DNA from: an uncultured bacterium
GTDB taxonomy: Bacteria > Bacillota_I > Bacilli_A > RF39 > UBA660
Direction of reading: 5' to 3'
Length of the DNA stretch: 57,671 bases
Assembly (NCBI GenBank): GCA_949284575.1
Contig: CASDWO010000026.1
Span: forward strand, 1-57,671
A model generated the notes under the pieces. It did no database searches. It saw only the letters and a program-made list of their open reading frames with translations, and was not told the origin of the DNA. Position 1 is the stretch's first letter. The number at the start of each line of letters is the position of its first letter. Below, one piece after another: positions 55,419 to 57,671 of the stretch. The position numbers were made by a program, and so were the translations under genes.

Positions 55419-57134
55419 ATGTTAGATTTTACCTATGAAAATTTTGATGAAGAAACAAAAGAATATCTAAATAAAGCAATGGATATTTATTCAACAATAA
55501 AAGATAAGGAAATTAATAAAACAGTAAAACATCTAGTGACTAATAAAAATTATATTTTTTCAAAATTAGATAAAAGAATAATATCCTTATATATAGCAGG
55601 ATTTTTATTAGATAATGATCTTAGTAAAATATTAGAAGAATATGATGATTTAAAAACAAGTGATTTATTTGATTTTATTGATATAAAAGAAGAAGATATA
55701 AAAAGATTAGATAAAAGTGAATATAGTGAAATCTATGATAAAAACTTAAAATTAGATATAATGTCTATAGCCACAAAAAAGGCATCATACTATCAATTTG
55801 ATGTTATAACTCCAGAAATTATTTTTTCTTGTTTGCGTGGAGCAACTTCTATAAATGGTTCTGATATAATGAATTACTTTGGTAATGCTTATAATATAGG
55901 AGGAATGTGGTTTGGTGACCATCCTAGTTTTAAAGCTGTGGAAAATTATGCAATATTAAATGGACTTTTACAAAAAAAGGATTTTTCTAATAAAAAAAAT
56001 AATGCTGGTTTGAATACATCTAATTTAAATAAGTATATACAACCAAATAATGATGTTATTAAAGAACTTTTCCCAGGAAAAAAGCCATCAGTAAATGAAG
56101 AAGAGAAAAAAATGGATTTAGATAGTGAAGATTTATGGGCTATACTTGACGATATTAAAGCCAAGTTTATTGGCCAAGAAAAAGCGGTAGAAGATTTATT
56201 TTATAATATTGTTAACAACCAAGACTTAGTAAAAGAAAATTATACTTTTGATGGTGAAAGGTCAATAATATTCCTTGATGGTCCAACAGGAACTGGTAAA
56301 ACATCAATTACAAGAGAAATTACAAAAAAATTAGATATACCATTTATATCAACTTCAATTGTTAACTATTCTTCAACTGGATATGTCGGAGGAGATATTA
56401 CTGATACTTTAGAAACACTATATAAACAAGCAAATGGCAATTTGGAAAAGGCACAAAGAGGTATTATTGTCTTTGATGAATTTGATAAATTAGCAAATAG
56501 CAGTGAGAACGGTTTATTAGAGATGAAAAAAGCTGTTCAACAACAATTACTTGACTTTATGGGTGGAGGAACATATGAAATTGTTGTAGGTGATAATCCA
56601 TTTAATATGAGAATAGTCAGCTTTGATACTTCTAAATTAACTTTCGTATGTCTAGCTGCTCTAACAGATTTAAGAGATAAGAAGACTCAAAAGAAACAAA
56701 TTATCGGTTTTGGCAATAGAACAGACGACCAAAATAATGAAAGTTATACTATTACAGTCGAAGATTTAATTGATATTGGTCTAAAAAAAGAATTAGCAGG
56801 TAGGTTTAATACATTTCTTCATACTGAAGAATATTCTAAAGAGTCATTACTTAGAATTTTAAAAGAATCTACAATAAGTCCTATTGCTGGCTTTGAAAAA
56901 TGGATAACTTCACATGGTAAGAAATTAATAATAGAAGATGGTGTTTATGAAGCTATTGCAGATGCTGCCTATGACCTTAATACAGGTGCAAGAAGTTTGC
57001 AAACTGTAATGAATAATATAAGAACACCTTTCTTAAAAGAAGTTTTACGTGGTAAAGAAGAAACAATTTATTTAGATGTTGATACTGTTAAAAATATAAC
57101 TGAAGAGACTGTAAAAAGAAAGGTTAGAAAATAG
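55419..57134 (+). CDS. ClpX-family AAA+ unfoldase paralogue with a ~240-aa non-zinc N-terminal domain
   Basis: Walker A GPTGTGKT, pore loop GYVG, Walker B IVFDEFDKL, the IGFG (ClpP-docking IGF) loop, and VEDLIDIGLKKELAGRF...SLLRILKE collinear with E. coli ClpX. There is no C4 zinc-finger. The N-terminal region carries Clp_N-like helices (ITPEIIFSCL). Confidence 0.8.
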   Translation: MLDFTYENFDEETKEYLNKAMDIYSTIKDKEINKTVKHLVTNKNYIFSKLDKRIISLYIAGFLLDNDLSKILEEYDDLKTSDLFDFIDIKEEDIKRLDKSEYSEIYDKNLKLDIMSIATKKASYYQFDVITPEIIFSCLRGATSINGSDIMNYFGNAYNIGGMWFGDHPSFKAVENYAILNGLLQKKDFSNKKNNAGLNTSNLNKYIQPNNDVIKELFPGKKPSVNEEEKKMDLDSEDLWAILDDIKAKFIGQEKAVEDLFYNIVNNQDLVKENYTFDGERSIIFLDGPTGTGKTSITREITKKLDIPFISTSIVNYSSTGYVGGDITDTLETLYKQANGNLEKAQRGIIVFDEFDKLANSSENGLLEMKKAVQQQLLDFMGGGTYEIVVGDNPFNMRIVSFDTSKLTFVCLAALTDLRDKKTQKKQIIGFGNRTDDQNNESYTITVEDLIDIGLKKELAGRFNTFLHTEEYSKESLLRILKESTISPIAGFEKWITSHGKKLIIEDGVYEAIADAAYDLNTGARSLQTVMNNIRTPFLKEVLRGKEETIYLDVDTVKNITEETVKRKVRK

Positions 57135-57135
57135 T

Positions 57136-57501
57136 ATGCAGTATGAATATAATGGTAACTTGCTGGAAGAAGATAGAATAAATCTAGTAGCAAATGAAAT
57201 AATTACGGCATATCCTGAAATACCTATTGATAAAGCTAAAGAAATTGCTATGCTTGAAGGTAGGATCTCATCTAACTGTAATTTAGAAATGGTATTTACA
57301 AGATTATACAATATTATGTTAACAATGAGTAATGATAAGAGTATTGTAAAAAGAGTATACTTAGATTTATTTAATATCTTAAATGTTAATGCTAATACTA
57401 ATCAAAATATTGATAAAATAGATTACTATTATCAAGTATTAGAAGAAATATATAATTTTCTAATTGATGAAAGAGAATTCCCATTATTAGTGGAAATTTA
57501 A
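57136..57501 (+). CDS. hypothetical small protein, translationally coupled to the ClpX-like gene
   Basis: The ATG lies 1 nt after the upstream TAG. 121 aa, acidic, no motif. Confidence 0.55.
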   Translation: MQYEYNGNLLEEDRINLVANEIITAYPEIPIDKAKEIAMLEGRISSNCNLEMVFTRLYNIMLTMSNDKSIVKRVYLDLFNILNVNANTNQNIDKIDYYYQVLEEIYNFLIDEREFPLLVEI

Positions 57502-57583
57502 GACATTATCATAAGTTAATTATTGATAATAATATTTGAGTTTCGGTGAAAAAAATACTTGACAAGAAAAAAGTGAAAATGTG

Positions 57584-57592
57584 TTATCCACA
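57584..57592 (+). promoter_or_regulatory. single perfect DnaA box (TTATCCACA)
   Basis: Exact 9-mer, overlapping the -10 region of a TTGACA (57559-64) promoter-like element at the window edge. Confidence 0.35.
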
Positions 57593-57671
57593 GATTCACT
57601 TTTTTAGGCATAAAATAAGGAAAAACCTCAAGAATTGTAGTATAATAATATTAATAAAATAACCATAGTAA

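Noticed and set aside
1-57671. CRISPR arrays, prophage or integrative element hallmarks
   Set aside because: There are no short regularly spaced repeats. The only repeats are the 372-bp pair, the 88-nt core pair, the 31-bp promoter pair and coding GXY triplets. No integrase, recombinase, transposase, RT, capsid or terminase-like ORF was recognised.

Overview
Very AT-rich Firmicutes chromosome segment. Synteny looks Bacilli/Erysipelotrichia-like (tyrS with a Tyr T-box, rpsD-ezrA, ecfA-like pair-truA, pta, add, murI), and there are spore-related genes (SleB/CwlJ-type hydrolase, collagen-like exosporium-type protein). Most of the window is housekeeping and envelope genes, about 55 plausible CDS plus tRNA-Trp. 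No transposase, integrase, reverse transcriptase or CRISPR array is present. The main non-coding signals are these. (1) An ORF-less, about 634-nt group II intron-like RNA at 45193-45826 has GUGCG, a textbook domain V and an exact 6-nt EBS1/IBS1 match. It has its own extended -10 promoter and sits in the leader of a frameshifted unknown gene. (2) A second, domain-V-less group II fragment at 11569-~11760 has an EBS1 that covaries with its own 5' exon. It interrupts a 10-codon TnpB-like N-terminus (MKIYKAYKFR) inside a ~490-bp IS-like relic, and a ~220-bp miniature paralogue of that relic lies at 31957-32175. (3) Two 372-bp direct repeats each carry a candidate type I toxin-antitoxin module: a 30-aa hydrophobic peptide convergent with a promoter-plus-terminator sRNA. 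They bracket a MerR / ATPase-dead T4CP-like / ABC exporter cassette driven by two identical 19-bp-spacer MerR-type promoters. Other points of interest are a ClpX paralogue (IGF loop, no zinc finger) with a coupled small ORF, a sporulation-type sigma factor split by an A8 tract and carrying extra sigma-4-like modules, a leader-peptide attenuator ahead of an ABC exporter, and a degenerate ECF-type ATPase pair without EcfT. All family calls rest on motif recognition by eye. No database search or RNA folding program was run.
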